A stretch of DNA of 63,975 nucleotides, the filler included, from Acidimicrobiia bacterium (GTDB taxonomy: Bacteria > Actinomycetota > Acidimicrobiia > Spongiisociales > CAZKJJ01), in assembly GCA_046759765.1 (NCBI GenBank). It is 3 parts of 3 records of this genome, joined end to end, with 100 filler letters (N's around TTAATTAATTAA, not from the genome) between each part and the next. Parts side by side here need not be neighbours in the genome. Positions count along the whole stretch, not along the records: positions 22,893 to 45,410 come from JBHICV010000025.1; positions 45,511 to 63,975 come from JBHICV010000034.1; 1 more part is not named here. One strand, given 5' to 3'. Positions 39,032 to 47,768 of the stretch are shown here, piece by piece (positions within the stretch are counted from its first letter, which is position 1; each line of letters starts with the position of its first letter). Under the pieces are notes generated by a model, which saw nothing but the letters and a program-made list of their open reading frames with translations, made no database searches and was not told the origin of the DNA. A program made the position numbers and the translations under genes.

Positions 39032-39954
39032 CTCCCACAGCACGGCGTCTCACTCGTATCTTGGCCATGCTTCCCTGGGTGATCGCGCATCCAGGTGCGT
39101 CGGTGGACGAGGTATGCGAACGATTCGGCTATTCACGGCGCGAGCTCATCTCCGATCTCGACCTGGTGTTCGTGTGCGGACTCCCGGGTTACGGGCCGGG
39201 CGATCTGATGGTCGCCTATGTGGAGGACGACGAGGTCTACGTCGATATGGCGGACTACTTCGCCTCCCCGCTGCGTCTCTCGCCGGAGGAAGGGCTCGCC
39301 TTGCTCGCTGGCGGGATGGCCCTCTCCGAAACCGGACAGGCTCCGCCCGCTCTAGAGCGAGCTATCGACAAGCTGGCACGGGTGATCGTGCCTGACGCCG
39401 AGGAGCTCCTCTCGGTGGACCTACCGGTGGAGCCGGAGCTGGTAGACGTGTTGCGGAGGGGGGCCACGGAGAATCGCGCAGTTGACATGACCTATACGTC
39501 AATCAGCCGCGGTGAGACCACGAAGCGACTCGTGGAGCCGTGGTCGGTTTTCTCCTCGCTCGGCAACTGGTATGTGTCCGGTTATTGCCATCGAGCCCAC
39601 GGTGAGCGGGTCTTCCGCGTGGACCGGATCCAGGAGGCAGAACTCACCGACGAGCCATTCGATCCGCCCGACGAGATCCCTCCTCCCGAGGTCCGGTACA
39701 CGCCGTCGGAGGACGATGTCAGGGCCGTGATCCTTCTGAAACCGGAGGCTCGATGGGTCTCGGAGTACTACCCGGTCGAACAGATCTCCTCGGTTGATGG
39801 TGATCTCACTGTTGCGTTTTCGACAGGTGATCCTCTCGTGGCTGCTCGTCTGCTTCTCAGGCTTGGAGACAGTGCCCGGCTGGTCGAAGGAGACGAGGTA
39901 GAAGCAGAAGTTCGTCGTCTACGCGGGGAGATTCTCGCCCGTTACAAGCGCTGA
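39028..39954 (+). CDS. pafC: WYL-domain regulator PafC
   Basis: DLDLVFVCGLPGYGPGDL, GNWYVSG and RVFRVDRI motifs; GTGA coupling to pafB. Confidence 0.92.
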   Translation: MTPTARRLTRILAMLPWVIAHPGASVDEVCERFGYSRRELISDLDLVFVCGLPGYGPGDLMVAYVEDDEVYVDMADYFASPLRLSPEEGLALLAGGMALSETGQAPPALERAIDKLARVIVPDAEELLSVDLPVEPELVDVLRRGATENRAVDMTYTSISRGETTKRLVEPWSVFSSLGNWYVSGYCHRAHGERVFRVDRIQEAELTDEPFDPPDEIPPPEVRYTPSEDDVRAVILLKPEARWVSEYYPVEQISSVDGDLTVAFSTGDPLVAARLLLRLGDSARLVEGDEVEAEVRRLRGEILARYKR

Positions 39955-39987
39955 ACTAGGTCCGCGGGGCTATTTGTGAATAGTCCC

Positions 39988-40014
39988 TAAGGTCGCCAGA
40001 CCCCGCGCCGATAC
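39988..40014 (+). promoter_or_regulatory. Sigma28/WhiG-type promoter
   Basis: TAAG-N15-GCCGATAC upstream of the 40043 gene. Confidence 0.6.
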
Positions 40015-40042
40015 ACCTGATGTACCGGTCGCAGGAGATACG

Positions 40043-40333
40043 TTGACCACCATAAAGACGACTTGTGAGAGCTGCGGAGACGTTGAGCTTCTTTCGGACG
40101 ATCTGTCGCTCGAGCTCGATCCGAACCGGGACTCAGGCGAGTACCTATTTGTGTGCCCGACGTGTGTGACGCTCCGGCGGCGGCCCGCCAACGCCAGGGT
40201 CATCAGCGTGCTTTTGGCGACTGGGGTGGACTTCGAAGTCGTTACGACGAACGTAATCACCGAGGCGGAGATCAGTCGTTTCGTTGACGCTCTCGACGAT
40301 GTCGAGGGCGTTTTCAAACTCCTCGCTTCCTGA
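40043..40333 (+). CDS. Small zinc-ribbon hypothetical protein
   Basis: CESCGDVEL...FVCPTC; AGGAG RBS. Confidence 0.8.
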   Translation: MTTIKTTCESCGDVELLSDDLSLELDPNRDSGEYLFVCPTCVTLRRRPANARVISVLLATGVDFEVVTTNVITEAEISRFVDALDDVEGVFKLLAS

Positions 40334-40381
40334 TCCCATACTCAGAAGCGAGAGCCCTCCCCGGCCTAGCATTTGGTCGGG

Positions 40382-40786
40382 ATGTTCGATATAAGCGGCC
40401 CTGAGCTACTAACGATTCTCCTAGTGGCGCTGATCGTGGTCGGCCCCCGTCGACTTCCTGACTTGATTCGCCGGCTCGGCAGGTGGACAGCCGAAGTTCG
40501 ACGAGCCGTCCGAGAGCTGCGCACCAGCCTCGACAAGGACGTGAAGGAACTGACGGAGCCCCTAGAGGAGGCCAAGGAGGACCTGACCCAACCTCTACGG
40601 GAGACGGAAGATGAGCTCAAGGCCACGATCGACGAGGCCAACGAGGCGTTGGAGACCACCGACGAAGAGAAAGCCTCGAAGGGCTATGACTGGGTAGGTC
40701 CAAAACCAATCTCGGGACCGACTCCTGAAGACGCCATGGACGACCTCTCCCAGATCGAAGAGGAATCCCAAGAAGAGGCGTCGTGA
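40382..40786 (+). CDS. tatB: Twin-arginine translocase TatA/TatB subunit
   Basis: MFDISGPELLTILLVALIVVGPRRLP; immediately upstream of tatC. Confidence 0.88.
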   Translation: MFDISGPELLTILLVALIVVGPRRLPDLIRRLGRWTAEVRRAVRELRTSLDKDVKELTEPLEEAKEDLTQPLRETEDELKATIDEANEALETTDEEKASKGYDWVGPKPISGPTPEDAMDDLSQIEEESQEEAS

Positions 40787-41499
40787 CGGAGGGCGATAGT
40801 CAGTCCGTTCTTCAACACCTGGAGGAACTCCGAACCAGGCTGGTGAAGGCGGCGGTTTTCGTACTGATCGGAGCGGTGGTGGCATTCGCTTTCAGGGACC
40901 AGATCCTGGCGTTCCTGGAAGATCCGTACCGAGAGGTTGTAGGCAACACCGACGATTTGGCCGTGTTCCGCGTTACGGAACCGTTCTCGATCTCGATGCG
41001 TCTGGCGCTGTTCGGTGGCTTGATCCTCGCCAGCCCGGCGGTTCTCTATCAGTCGTGGGCGTTCGTCAATCCTGCGCTCACCAAGCGCGAACGGAAATGG
41101 GCCATCCCATTGGTCGCCATCATGACGGTCCTGTTTCTCGCGGGGGTTGCCTTCGGCTATCTGACCCTGCCGCGCGGTCTCGAGTTCCTGCTCGGCATTC
41201 AGGAGGGACTCGACAACGTCATCGGCGCCTCCAACTACATCTCCTTCACGCTGCGTTTCCTGCTTGTCTTCGGGATCGCCTTCCTATTTCCGGTGTTCAT
41301 TTTCGCCGCTGCCGCGGCAGGTCTCGTGACGTCGAAGCAGCTCGGGCATTGGCGCCGGTGGGCAATCCTCATCATCGTGGTCGTCGGCGCCATGGTCACC
41401 CCGAGCGGCGATCCCCTAACGCTCTTGGCTCTGGCAGTACCTCTCTATCTGTTCTACGAAATCACTCTCTGGCTCGTGAAGCTCATCCTGCGGAAATGA
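40783..41499 (+). CDS. tatC: Twin-arginine translocase TatC
   Basis: HLEELRTRL, P..LYQSWAFVNPAL and TPSGDP motifs. Confidence 0.95.
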   Translation: MTEGDSQSVLQHLEELRTRLVKAAVFVLIGAVVAFAFRDQILAFLEDPYREVVGNTDDLAVFRVTEPFSISMRLALFGGLILASPAVLYQSWAFVNPALTKRERKWAIPLVAIMTVLFLAGVAFGYLTLPRGLEFLLGIQEGLDNVIGASNYISFTLRFLLVFGIAFLFPVFIFAAAAAGLVTSKQLGHWRRWAILIIVVVGAMVTPSGDPLTLLALAVPLYLFYEITLWLVKLILRK

Positions 41500-44024
41500 G
41501 CCTCAGCCGCTTCTGGGCTGGGCTTCGATTCGAACCCGACCACTTCCAGGTTCAGGCAGCAGAAGCGCTGGAGCGCGGGAAGTCCGTCTTCGTAGCCGCT
41601 CCGACGGGGGCAGGGAAAACGGTTGTCGGGGAGGCGGCGGTTCATCTTGCCGTGGAGAGGCGGCGGAGGGCTTTCTACACCACCCCGCTCAAGGCGCTGT
41701 CCAATCAGAAATACCTTGACTTCTCGCGGATATACACCCCGGATCGGGTGGGGCTGCTCACGGGTGACAACGTCATCGCGCCGGACGCGCCGATCGTGGT
41801 CATGACTACGGAAGTTCTCAGAAACATGATCTACGCGTCCGCAGCCGACCTAGCCAGCTTGGACGTCGTCATCCTGGACGAGGTCCATTACCTGCAAGAC
41901 CCGTCTCGAGGAGGGGTCTGGGAGGAGGTCATGATTCATCTGGATCGGTCCGTTCAGGTGGTGGCCCTTTCCGCCACGGTCTCGAACGCGAAGGCCTTTG
42001 GAGAGTGGATGGAGGAACGTCGCGGTCCAACCGAGCTCATCTACGAGAGCGAACGGCCGGTTCCGTTGGATTCGCTCTACCTCATCGCCGATCGCTACGC
42101 ATCGGAGAGGTTGGTGCTCCACCCGCTCTATGGCAAGGACGGAGTATCCGCTAATCCGGTTGTCGCTCGCCTCCTGTCGAGCCGCAGAGGAAAGAGGCGA
42201 CGCTTCTCGACACCCCGCCGGTCAGAGATTGCCTCGTTCCTATCCGACCGTGGCATGCTCCCGGCGATCTATTTCATTTTTTCTCGGGCCGGATGCGAGG
42301 CAGCTGCATCCCGCTTGATCAGGGACGGACTCACGTTCACCTCAGCGTCGGAGCGCGGCGAGATTCGAGGGGTCGCGGAACGAAGGACTGCGTCTCTGAC
42401 AGACGCTGAACGCGAGGCGTTGGGGTATGAGGATTGGTTGGAAGGGCTGGTACGGGGCATAGCTCCGCATCACGCCGGCATGGTTTCTGCCTTCAAAGAG
42501 ACGGTCGAGGAGCTGTTTCTTGGCGGGCTGGTCAGGATCGTCTTTGCAACTGAGACTCTTTCGCTGGGTATCAACATGCCGGCGAAGACGGTCGTGCTGG
42601 AGAGCACAACCAAGTTCACCGGCGAAGCTCGTGAGCCGTTGCGCCCCGGCGACTACACACAGCTCACCGGCCGGGCAGGTCGGAGAGGAATCGACGAGAG
42701 GGGCTTTGGCGTCATTCTCTACTCGCCATACGTGAACTTCGATCGCGTGGCCGGAACCGCGGGGGCCGGGAGTCACCCAATCGCGTCGAGTTTTCGACCG
42801 ACATACAACATGGCCGTGAACCTCATCGCCAACTACGACCAGTCAGAAGCCGAACGACTGCTGAATGCATCATTCGGACAGTTCACTCGTGCGAAGCAGC
42901 TGGGCAGCCTTAGACGATTGCTACGTAAGACCCAGAGCCGACGAGAGGACGCGCAGCGACGGGCCTCCTGTGAACGAGGTGATGTAAAGGAGTACGCAGC
43001 TCAGCTGAGAAGCGGCAGCGATCGAGCATCCCAGGACGCGTTTGCTCGCCGACTACAGCAGGGGAGCGTCCTGGACGTTCCTGCGGGGCCGCGAGCCGGC
43101 CGGAACGTCGTCTTGCAGCGCTGGCGCGGCAAAGATATGCGGGTGCTGGTTGTCGGCGGCGATGGCCAGTTGGCAAGGGTCAGGTTGCGCGATCTCCCGG
43201 CCGGCACCGAGCATCTCGGCAGGATTAAGGTCCCGGCCCCGTACCGTCCCCGGTCCGCCGGATATCGCACGCAGCTTCGAGAGTCAGCCGCTCGCTTTCG
43301 GGAGACTGAGCGCGTTGCGCTGTCGGCCGGATCGAAGTACCTCGAGAACCCGGTCCACGATTGTCCCGATCGACAGGAACACCTGGATGCCCTCGATCTA
43401 GGAAGGAGGCTCGACGGGGAAATCGGGCGCCAGGAGCGCCAGATCAAAGAAGCCGAACAGGGACTAGTCGGAAAGCTGCGGAGTATCACGACCATTCTCG
43501 AGGCATGGGATTACGTCGACGGGTGGACGCTCACGAACCGAGGTGAGCTGCTGCGCTTCATCTATAGCGAGCTCGATCTTCTGGTGGCGGAAACCATTCA
43601 CAGAAATGTCATCTCGGATCTGGAACCCGCCGAGATGGCGGCATTCTTCTCCGCCTTTGTCTACGAACCGCGCCGGGAAGGGCCCGCCGACTCTTGGCCG
43701 ACGCAGGCGGTTGCGGCGGCGGGACAACGCCTCATTACCCTCCAGAGTGAGCTGGCCGAAACGGAGAAAGCACTCGGCCTGAGCGCAACTCGAGTGCCGG
43801 AACCCGGCATATCGGAACTGGTCTATCGCTGGGCTTCGGGATCAGAGCTCGACGTTCTTCTCGAAGCCGATGAGCTGGCAGCCGGGGACTTCGTGAGGAA
43901 CTGTCGACAGCTAATCGACTTACTTCGACAAGTCCGCGATGCAGCTCCGGATTTAGCCTCGTTGATGCGCGCCACAATCGACCTCTTGGATCGGAACGTC
44001 GTGGCAGCTACCGGCAACCTCTGA
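41496..44024 (+). CDS. helY: Ski2-like RNA helicase HelY
   Basis: APTGAGKT, PLKALSNQKY, DEVH, ATETLSLGINMPA, QLTGRAGRRG and the C-terminal GDFVR motif; start at ATG 41496. Confidence 0.93.
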   Translation: MSLSRFWAGLRFEPDHFQVQAAEALERGKSVFVAAPTGAGKTVVGEAAVHLAVERRRRAFYTTPLKALSNQKYLDFSRIYTPDRVGLLTGDNVIAPDAPIVVMTTEVLRNMIYASAADLASLDVVILDEVHYLQDPSRGGVWEEVMIHLDRSVQVVALSATVSNAKAFGEWMEERRGPTELIYESERPVPLDSLYLIADRYASERLVLHPLYGKDGVSANPVVARLLSSRRGKRRRFSTPRRSEIASFLSDRGMLPAIYFIFSRAGCEAAASRLIRDGLTFTSASERGEIRGVAERRTASLTDAEREALGYEDWLEGLVRGIAPHHAGMVSAFKETVEELFLGGLVRIVFATETLSLGINMPAKTVVLESTTKFTGEAREPLRPGDYTQLTGRAGRRGIDERGFGVILYSPYVNFDRVAGTAGAGSHPIASSFRPTYNMAVNLIANYDQSEAERLLNASFGQFTRAKQLGSLRRLLRKTQSRREDAQRRASCERGDVKEYAAQLRSGSDRASQDAFARRLQQGSVLDVPAGPRAGRNVVLQRWRGKDMRVLVVGGDGQLARVRLRDLPAGTEHLGRIKVPAPYRPRSAGYRTQLRESAARFRETERVALSAGSKYLENPVHDCPDRQEHLDALDLGRRLDGEIGRQERQIKEAEQGLVGKLRSITTILEAWDYVDGWTLTNRGELLRFIYSELDLLVAETIHRNVISDLEPAEMAAFFSAFVYEPRREGPADSWPTQAVAAAGQRLITLQSELAETEKALGLSATRVPEPGISELVYRWASGSELDVLLEADELAAGDFVRNCRQLIDLLRQVRDAAPDLASLMRATIDLLDRNVVAATGNL

Positions 44025-44815
44025 TGCAGCGCTGGCTCGTTCTTACGCCACCTTCGCATGAAGAACGGATCGGGAATGCGCTTGTTTCTGCCGACATCGA
44101 AGCCGAGTTGAACCCGGTCAATACTGCTGCCGAGATTCGAAGAGCGGTCGCGATAGAGGCCCAGTACGGGGGGAGGCACTTCGTCGCGGTTGGCGACGAC
44201 GCGTCGGCGGGTCTCGTCTTGGATGCTGTGATGCAGGCGTCCTGGGACGAGCGGCCGATCTTGGGAATCGTGCCCGAAGACGGTGGATGCGACTTCGTTC
44301 GGACTTTCGGGCTCCCGCAGCCGCTCGAAGATGCCGTAAAGCACCTGAAGGGAGATAGCACCTACGACTGTGACGTTGGTCTGCTCGAGGGCTCCTGGGG
44401 CCGGCGCTACTTCCTCAACCTCGCTTCGGCCGGTGCGATCGGCTCACGCCGCTCTCGGAGGTCCGAGTTTCGCCTCATTACGGAGAAACGGACTTACGAA
44501 GGAAAGGCTACGAGTGTTCTGTTCGCCAATGGACAATTCGCAGAAGGAGGGTTGAGAGTCGCACCCCGCGCTACGGTCGTCGATGGCGCCGTCGACGTAC
44601 AGGCGTGGGACATTCGTCGGCGGGAGCGGACATTGTTCCTACAGTCCGTCGCCAGAGGAGAGCACTTGCGAGACAAAAGGGTTCGCAGGGTGAGTGCCGC
44701 TACGTTCGAGCTGGCTACGGAGCGGCCGTGGCCGGTCGAAGCTGATGGAACGCGTATAGGAGACACTCCGGTGAGCGGCAGGGCGGTGCCGGGAGCCTTC
44801 GCACTAAAAATCTGA
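44024..44815 (+). CDS. Diacylglycerol/lipid kinase-family protein (degenerate ATP motif)
   Basis: CDFVRTFGLP, DVG..RYFLN, ANGQF and VEADG motifs; GDDAS replaces GGDGT. Confidence 0.75.
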   Translation: MQRWLVLTPPSHEERIGNALVSADIEAELNPVNTAAEIRRAVAIEAQYGGRHFVAVGDDASAGLVLDAVMQASWDERPILGIVPEDGGCDFVRTFGLPQPLEDAVKHLKGDSTYDCDVGLLEGSWGRRYFLNLASAGAIGSRRSRRSEFRLITEKRTYEGKATSVLFANGQFAEGGLRVAPRATVVDGAVDVQAWDIRRRERTLFLQSVARGEHLRDKRVRRVSAATFELATERPWPVEADGTRIGDTPVSGRAVPGAFALKI

Positions 44816-44891
44816 TGAGGGAATCAAACACGCGGCCGATGCGTATATATACTCCCGCCGCCCCTTAGAGGACGGGGCGTAGGGCAGGATC

Positions 44892-45308
44892 ATGGACGTG
44901 GCACCTATGACCGACGAAGAGGACCAGGACCTCGAAGACGACTTCGACCCCGACGCCTTGGACGAGGAATCCGATGTCACGGATGGAGAGCTGGAAGGTA
45001 CAGACGACCTCGCCGATGAGGAAGTCGACGACGAAGCCGGAGCAAGCAAGAGCGGCCAGCAGGGCGAAGCTGCCCTGGATGAGCTGGCGGAGGAAGAGCT
45101 GGAGCTCTTAGACGAGGAAGAGGAGACCGACCTCCCCGTCAACGAGGCAGAGGAGCTCCGGGCTATCCGGCGGGAGGAGCTCACTATGGATGTCGAGGCG
45201 CAGGCCATTCGTGGGGACGAGTTTGTATGCAGTGTTTGCTTTCTCGTGAAGAGGAGCAGTCAGCTTGCGAATCGGCGCAAGGTGATCTGCCGTGACTGCG
45301 CCGCATGA
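44892..45308 (+). CDS. DUF4193-family acidic protein
   Basis: Highly acidic, ending DEFVCSVCFLVK..SQLA...ICRDCA. Confidence 0.85.
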   Translation: MDVAPMTDEEDQDLEDDFDPDALDEESDVTDGELEGTDDLADEEVDDEAGASKSGQQGEAALDELAEEELELLDEEEETDLPVNEAEELRAIRREELTMDVEAQAIRGDEFVCSVCFLVKRSSQLANRRKVICRDCAA

Positions 45309-45410
45309 CGTCCTGGTCGTCATACCGACCTACAACGAGCGGGAGAACCTCGAGCCACTAGTCCTCCAAGTGCGCCAGATGGGCTATCGAGTCTTGATCG
45401 GCGACCACCG
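45292..45410 (+). CDS. GT2 glycosyltransferase, Ppm1-like (N-terminus only, cut by contig end)
   Basis: Manual translation MTAPHDVLVVIPTYNERENLEPLV. Confidence 0.75.
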
Positions 45411-45510
45411 NNNNNNNNNNNNNNNNNNNNNNNNNNNNNNNNNNNNNNNNNNNNTTAATTAATTAANNNNNNNNNNNNNNNNNNNNNNNNNNNNNNNNNN
45501 NNNNNNNNNN
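45411..45510. other. Artificial contig-joining spacer
   Basis: Ns flanking TTAATTAATTAA. Confidence 0.97.
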
Positions 45511-45512
45511 CC

Positions 45513-45650
45513 GACGAGGACCAGTGCTTGAGGGTCATGACCAACGTGACCGAGGGAATGGTCGGACTGCGGCTGGGATCGCTGCGCATCGACCTCGAGG
45601 GATACACGACCGAGCACGTCAACCTCCGGGAGGTCATGTTCGGCCTCTGA
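45513..45650 (+). CDS. C-terminal fragment of an unidentified gene
   Basis: Open frame DEDQCLRVMTNVTEG...EVMFGL* with GC-rich third codon positions. Confidence 0.5.
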   Translation, partial: DEDQCLRVMTNVTEGMVGLRLGSLRIDLEGYTTEHVNLREVMFGL

Positions 45651-45706
45651 GGCCGCCACTTGACTTCCCTCCGCGGTTTTGACCCTCCGTAAGAAACCGC
45701 CCCCGC

Positions 45707-45734
45707 TCAAGGCCCTACTCCGAGTGGTCGATAC
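45707..45734 (+). promoter_or_regulatory. Sigma28/WhiG-type promoter
   Basis: TCAA-N16-GTCGATAC upstream of the CAP gene. Confidence 0.55.
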
Positions 45735-45757
45735 CACACCGAGCGAGGAGTCAGGGG

Positions 45758-46492
45758 TTGTTTCGCAAGGTAACTGTGCTGACGTTGGCGGCCGCCGTGA
45801 CGATTGTCGCGGCGGCACCGCCGGTCAGTGCAGCCGCCGAGGAATCCGGCTTCGTGAGCCGGATCAATTCAGCCCGAGCCGGTGCGGGTCTGAATCCGCT
45901 CGACGTCTATTGGGATCTGACCGACGACGCACGTGTCCATACCGCCGAGATGGTCGAGGCCGGCGAGATCTTTCATAGCTCGAACCTGGGGAGCGTCACG
46001 TCTGGATGGTTTGCACTCGGCGAAAACGTCGGAGTGGGCGGTGACGTAGCCGGTCTGCACGAAGCTTTTATGTCATCGTCCGGGCACCGAGCGAACATCC
46101 TCGGTGACTACAACTACGTCGGGGTTGGCACCGCCTTCTCATCTGACTCTTATCTCTACGTCACGGTGATCTTCATGAAGGGTCCGGACGGGTTGGTGTC
46201 CGCGTCTGGGGACGGACAGGACCCGCCTGAAGAGGAATCCCCGGCGCCACCAGCTCCCGCGCCGACAGAAGCGACCGCGCCGACCGAAGAGACGGCCGTG
46301 CCGATTGAGAGCAATCCCGAGCCGTCCGGGAGCCCGGTCCCGGCCGCGCAGGCCCCTCCGGCCCCTGCGCCGAAGCCGAACCCGTCCGAACCGGAGCCGA
46401 CTCCGAGGGGAGGCGACGTGCAGCTCATCCTCGACCTGGTGTCAGCAGGGCACTGGCCGTTGGTTCTCCCCAACGGCCTGACCTTGGTCTGA
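45758..46492 (+). CDS. Secreted CAP-domain protein with Pro-rich tail
   Basis: Signal peptide; INSARAGAGL, GENVG, FMSSSGHRANIL and YNYVGVG motifs. Confidence 0.9.
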   Translation: MFRKVTVLTLAAAVTIVAAAPPVSAAAEESGFVSRINSARAGAGLNPLDVYWDLTDDARVHTAEMVEAGEIFHSSNLGSVTSGWFALGENVGVGGDVAGLHEAFMSSSGHRANILGDYNYVGVGTAFSSDSYLYVTVIFMKGPDGLVSASGDGQDPPEEESPAPPAPAPTEATAPTEETAVPIESNPEPSGSPVPAAQAPPAPAPKPNPSEPEPTPRGGDVQLILDLVSAGHWPLVLPNGLTLV

Positions 46493-46501
46493 GCCTCAAA
46501 C

Positions 46502-46583
46502 ACAAGACCCAAGGAACCTCTGCTATCGCCCCCCGCACTTCCCCGAACAGGGTTCGAACTGCTTCAGCACCTTGGGTCTTGCA
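46502..46583 (-). ncRNA. Candidate ~80-nt small RNA
   Basis: Own sigmaA-type promoter, 13-bp closing stem GCAAGACCCAAGG/CCUUGGGUCUUGU, no credible ORF. Confidence 0.5.
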
Positions 46584-46589
46584 GGGGCG

Positions 46590-46618
46590 ACAGTACGAGT
46601 TAAGCCCCCCATCGTCAA
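46590..46618 (-). promoter_or_regulatory. SigmaA-type promoter of the candidate sRNA
   Basis: TTGACG-N17-TACTGT on the minus strand. Confidence 0.65.
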
Positions 46619-46710
46619 CCCGCGCGATAACGTCGGATTTCGCGACTTTCGGCAACGTAACTGACCATAGCCGACCTCAATTCTTGCTAAACGTTGCCCA
46701 GATCTGAGCA

Positions 46711-46766
46711 CTTTCCACATTTCCACAGCATTCCACAGGCGGTTGTGCACAAGCGGCTGTAGACAA
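46711..46766. repeat. Cluster of DnaA-box-like TCCACA elements
   Basis: CTTTCCACA, ATTTCCACA, CATTCCACA, TTGTGCACA and inverted TTGTCTACA within 56 nt. Confidence 0.5.
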
Positions 46767-46770
46767 CTCG

Positions 46771-47196
46771 TCATGCCTTTTTTTCGCGACTCCGGAGCAA
46801 CGGACGGAAGGTGATCTCCACCAGCTCGTAGATCTCACCGAGCGCGCTTTCGAGCTCGTGTTCTGAGACCAATTCCAGCGCGAGGCGACCTCTCAGAAAC
46901 AGATCGCTGTCGTCGGACAGCGTGAAATGAACTCGCCATGCCTTTTCGTTCCGTCGCAGGCAGAGCCGGTAGACCTGCTCCAGATTCGACACGGGCGCAG
47001 GAAGGATGTACGCCTCGTACCGGAGACTGCGGTCTCCGACCTCCAGCCAGACGGTCGTGAAGTCCCTTGTCGTTTGCCGAATTCTGAGGGCCCACCGCGA
47101 GCCGTCCTGCTCGCAGTAGGTAACGTCGGAGGTTTCCTCCGATACCCACCTTTCGGCCAGCTGACCGATCCAGCGGAGCGTCGCTTCTTTATCCAA
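46771..47196 (-). CDS. YbjN-family (T3SS-chaperone-like) protein
   Basis: TTVWLEVGDRSLRYEAYILPAP..N.EQVYRLCLRRN pattern. Confidence 0.82.
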   Translation of the reverse strand: MDKEATLRWIGQLAERWVSEETSDVTYCEQDGSRWALRIRQTTRDFTTVWLEVGDRSLRYEAYILPAPVSNLEQVYRLCLRRNEKAWRVHFTLSDDSDLFLRGRLALELVSEHELESALGEIYELVEITFRPLLRSREKKA

Positions 47197-47243
47197 GGCT
47201 CATGGCGATGGCGGGCTCCGTTCCCCTTCGGCGAGGTGACTGC

Positions 47244-47768
47244 TCAGCCGATGATCTCCGTCTCCGCCTTGCCTTCTTTGTAGCGCCGCAGGATCTCCGC
47301 CTGGATTTGGTCGAAGGCGGCTTGCACCTGTCTTCGCTGGCCGGAGACCTCTTGTTCGGTTTCGGAGAGGGTCTCCTGGATCTCAGCAACCTCTTCGTCG
47401 GATAGCGACGGAAGCCGCGACAGGAAATCGTCGTCGAGCACCCGGTCGATTGTTCGGTGTCCCTCGAGCGGAAGATCCGGCGCCAGGCTTCCTGGTCGAT
47501 GCTGGGCTCCTTCGCCCCGGGAGTCGCCCCCGCCCAGTATCTCGGGGAGCGCCTCCAACAAGGTGCGGGTCTCCTCGCCCGAACGTCGCCTCATCTCAAA
47601 AGCCAGGAGGTCCATTCGACCGTGGAGCATCCTTCGGTAATAGGACAGTTCGGTCTCGACGTCGTCCGCCTGAGCCCTCCGGTCCCGCAGCTCGTCAAGG
47701 TCGACCGCGTCGAGGTCGGCAACGAAGGAAGGTTCGAGGACCTGGTCGAGACGGCGGCGTTGCATCAT
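47244..47768 (-). CDS. rsiG: RsiG/AmfC-family anti-sigma factor (c-di-GMP-binding motifs)
   Basis: RRLDQVL N-terminus; ETELSYYRRMLHGRMD and EQEVSGQRRQVQAAFD fit E-X3-S-X2-R-X3-Q-X3-D; ATGA coupling to the M23 gene. Confidence 0.82.
   Translation of the reverse strand: MMQRRRLDQVLEPSFVADLDAVDLDELRDRRAQADDVETELSYYRRMLHGRMDLLAFEMRRRSGEETRTLLEALPEILGGGDSRGEGAQHRPGSLAPDLPLEGHRTIDRVLDDDFLSRLPSLSDEEVAEIQETLSETEQEVSGQRRQVQAAFDQIQAEILRRYKEGKAETEIIG

Noticed and set aside
41055..41495. N-terminal extensions given by the ORF track (helY, moxR, otsA, rsiG, mraZ, acpP)
   Set aside because: They overlap neighbouring genes or promoters; downstream starts have an RBS, leaderless or coupling signal.
46540..46570. 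GTTCGAA T-loop as a tRNA gene, or the element as SRP, 6S, Ms1 or an HDV-like ribozyme
   Set aside because: No cloverleaf, no SRP domain IV motif, too short for 6S or Ms1, and no P3/P1.1/P4 arrangement visible.
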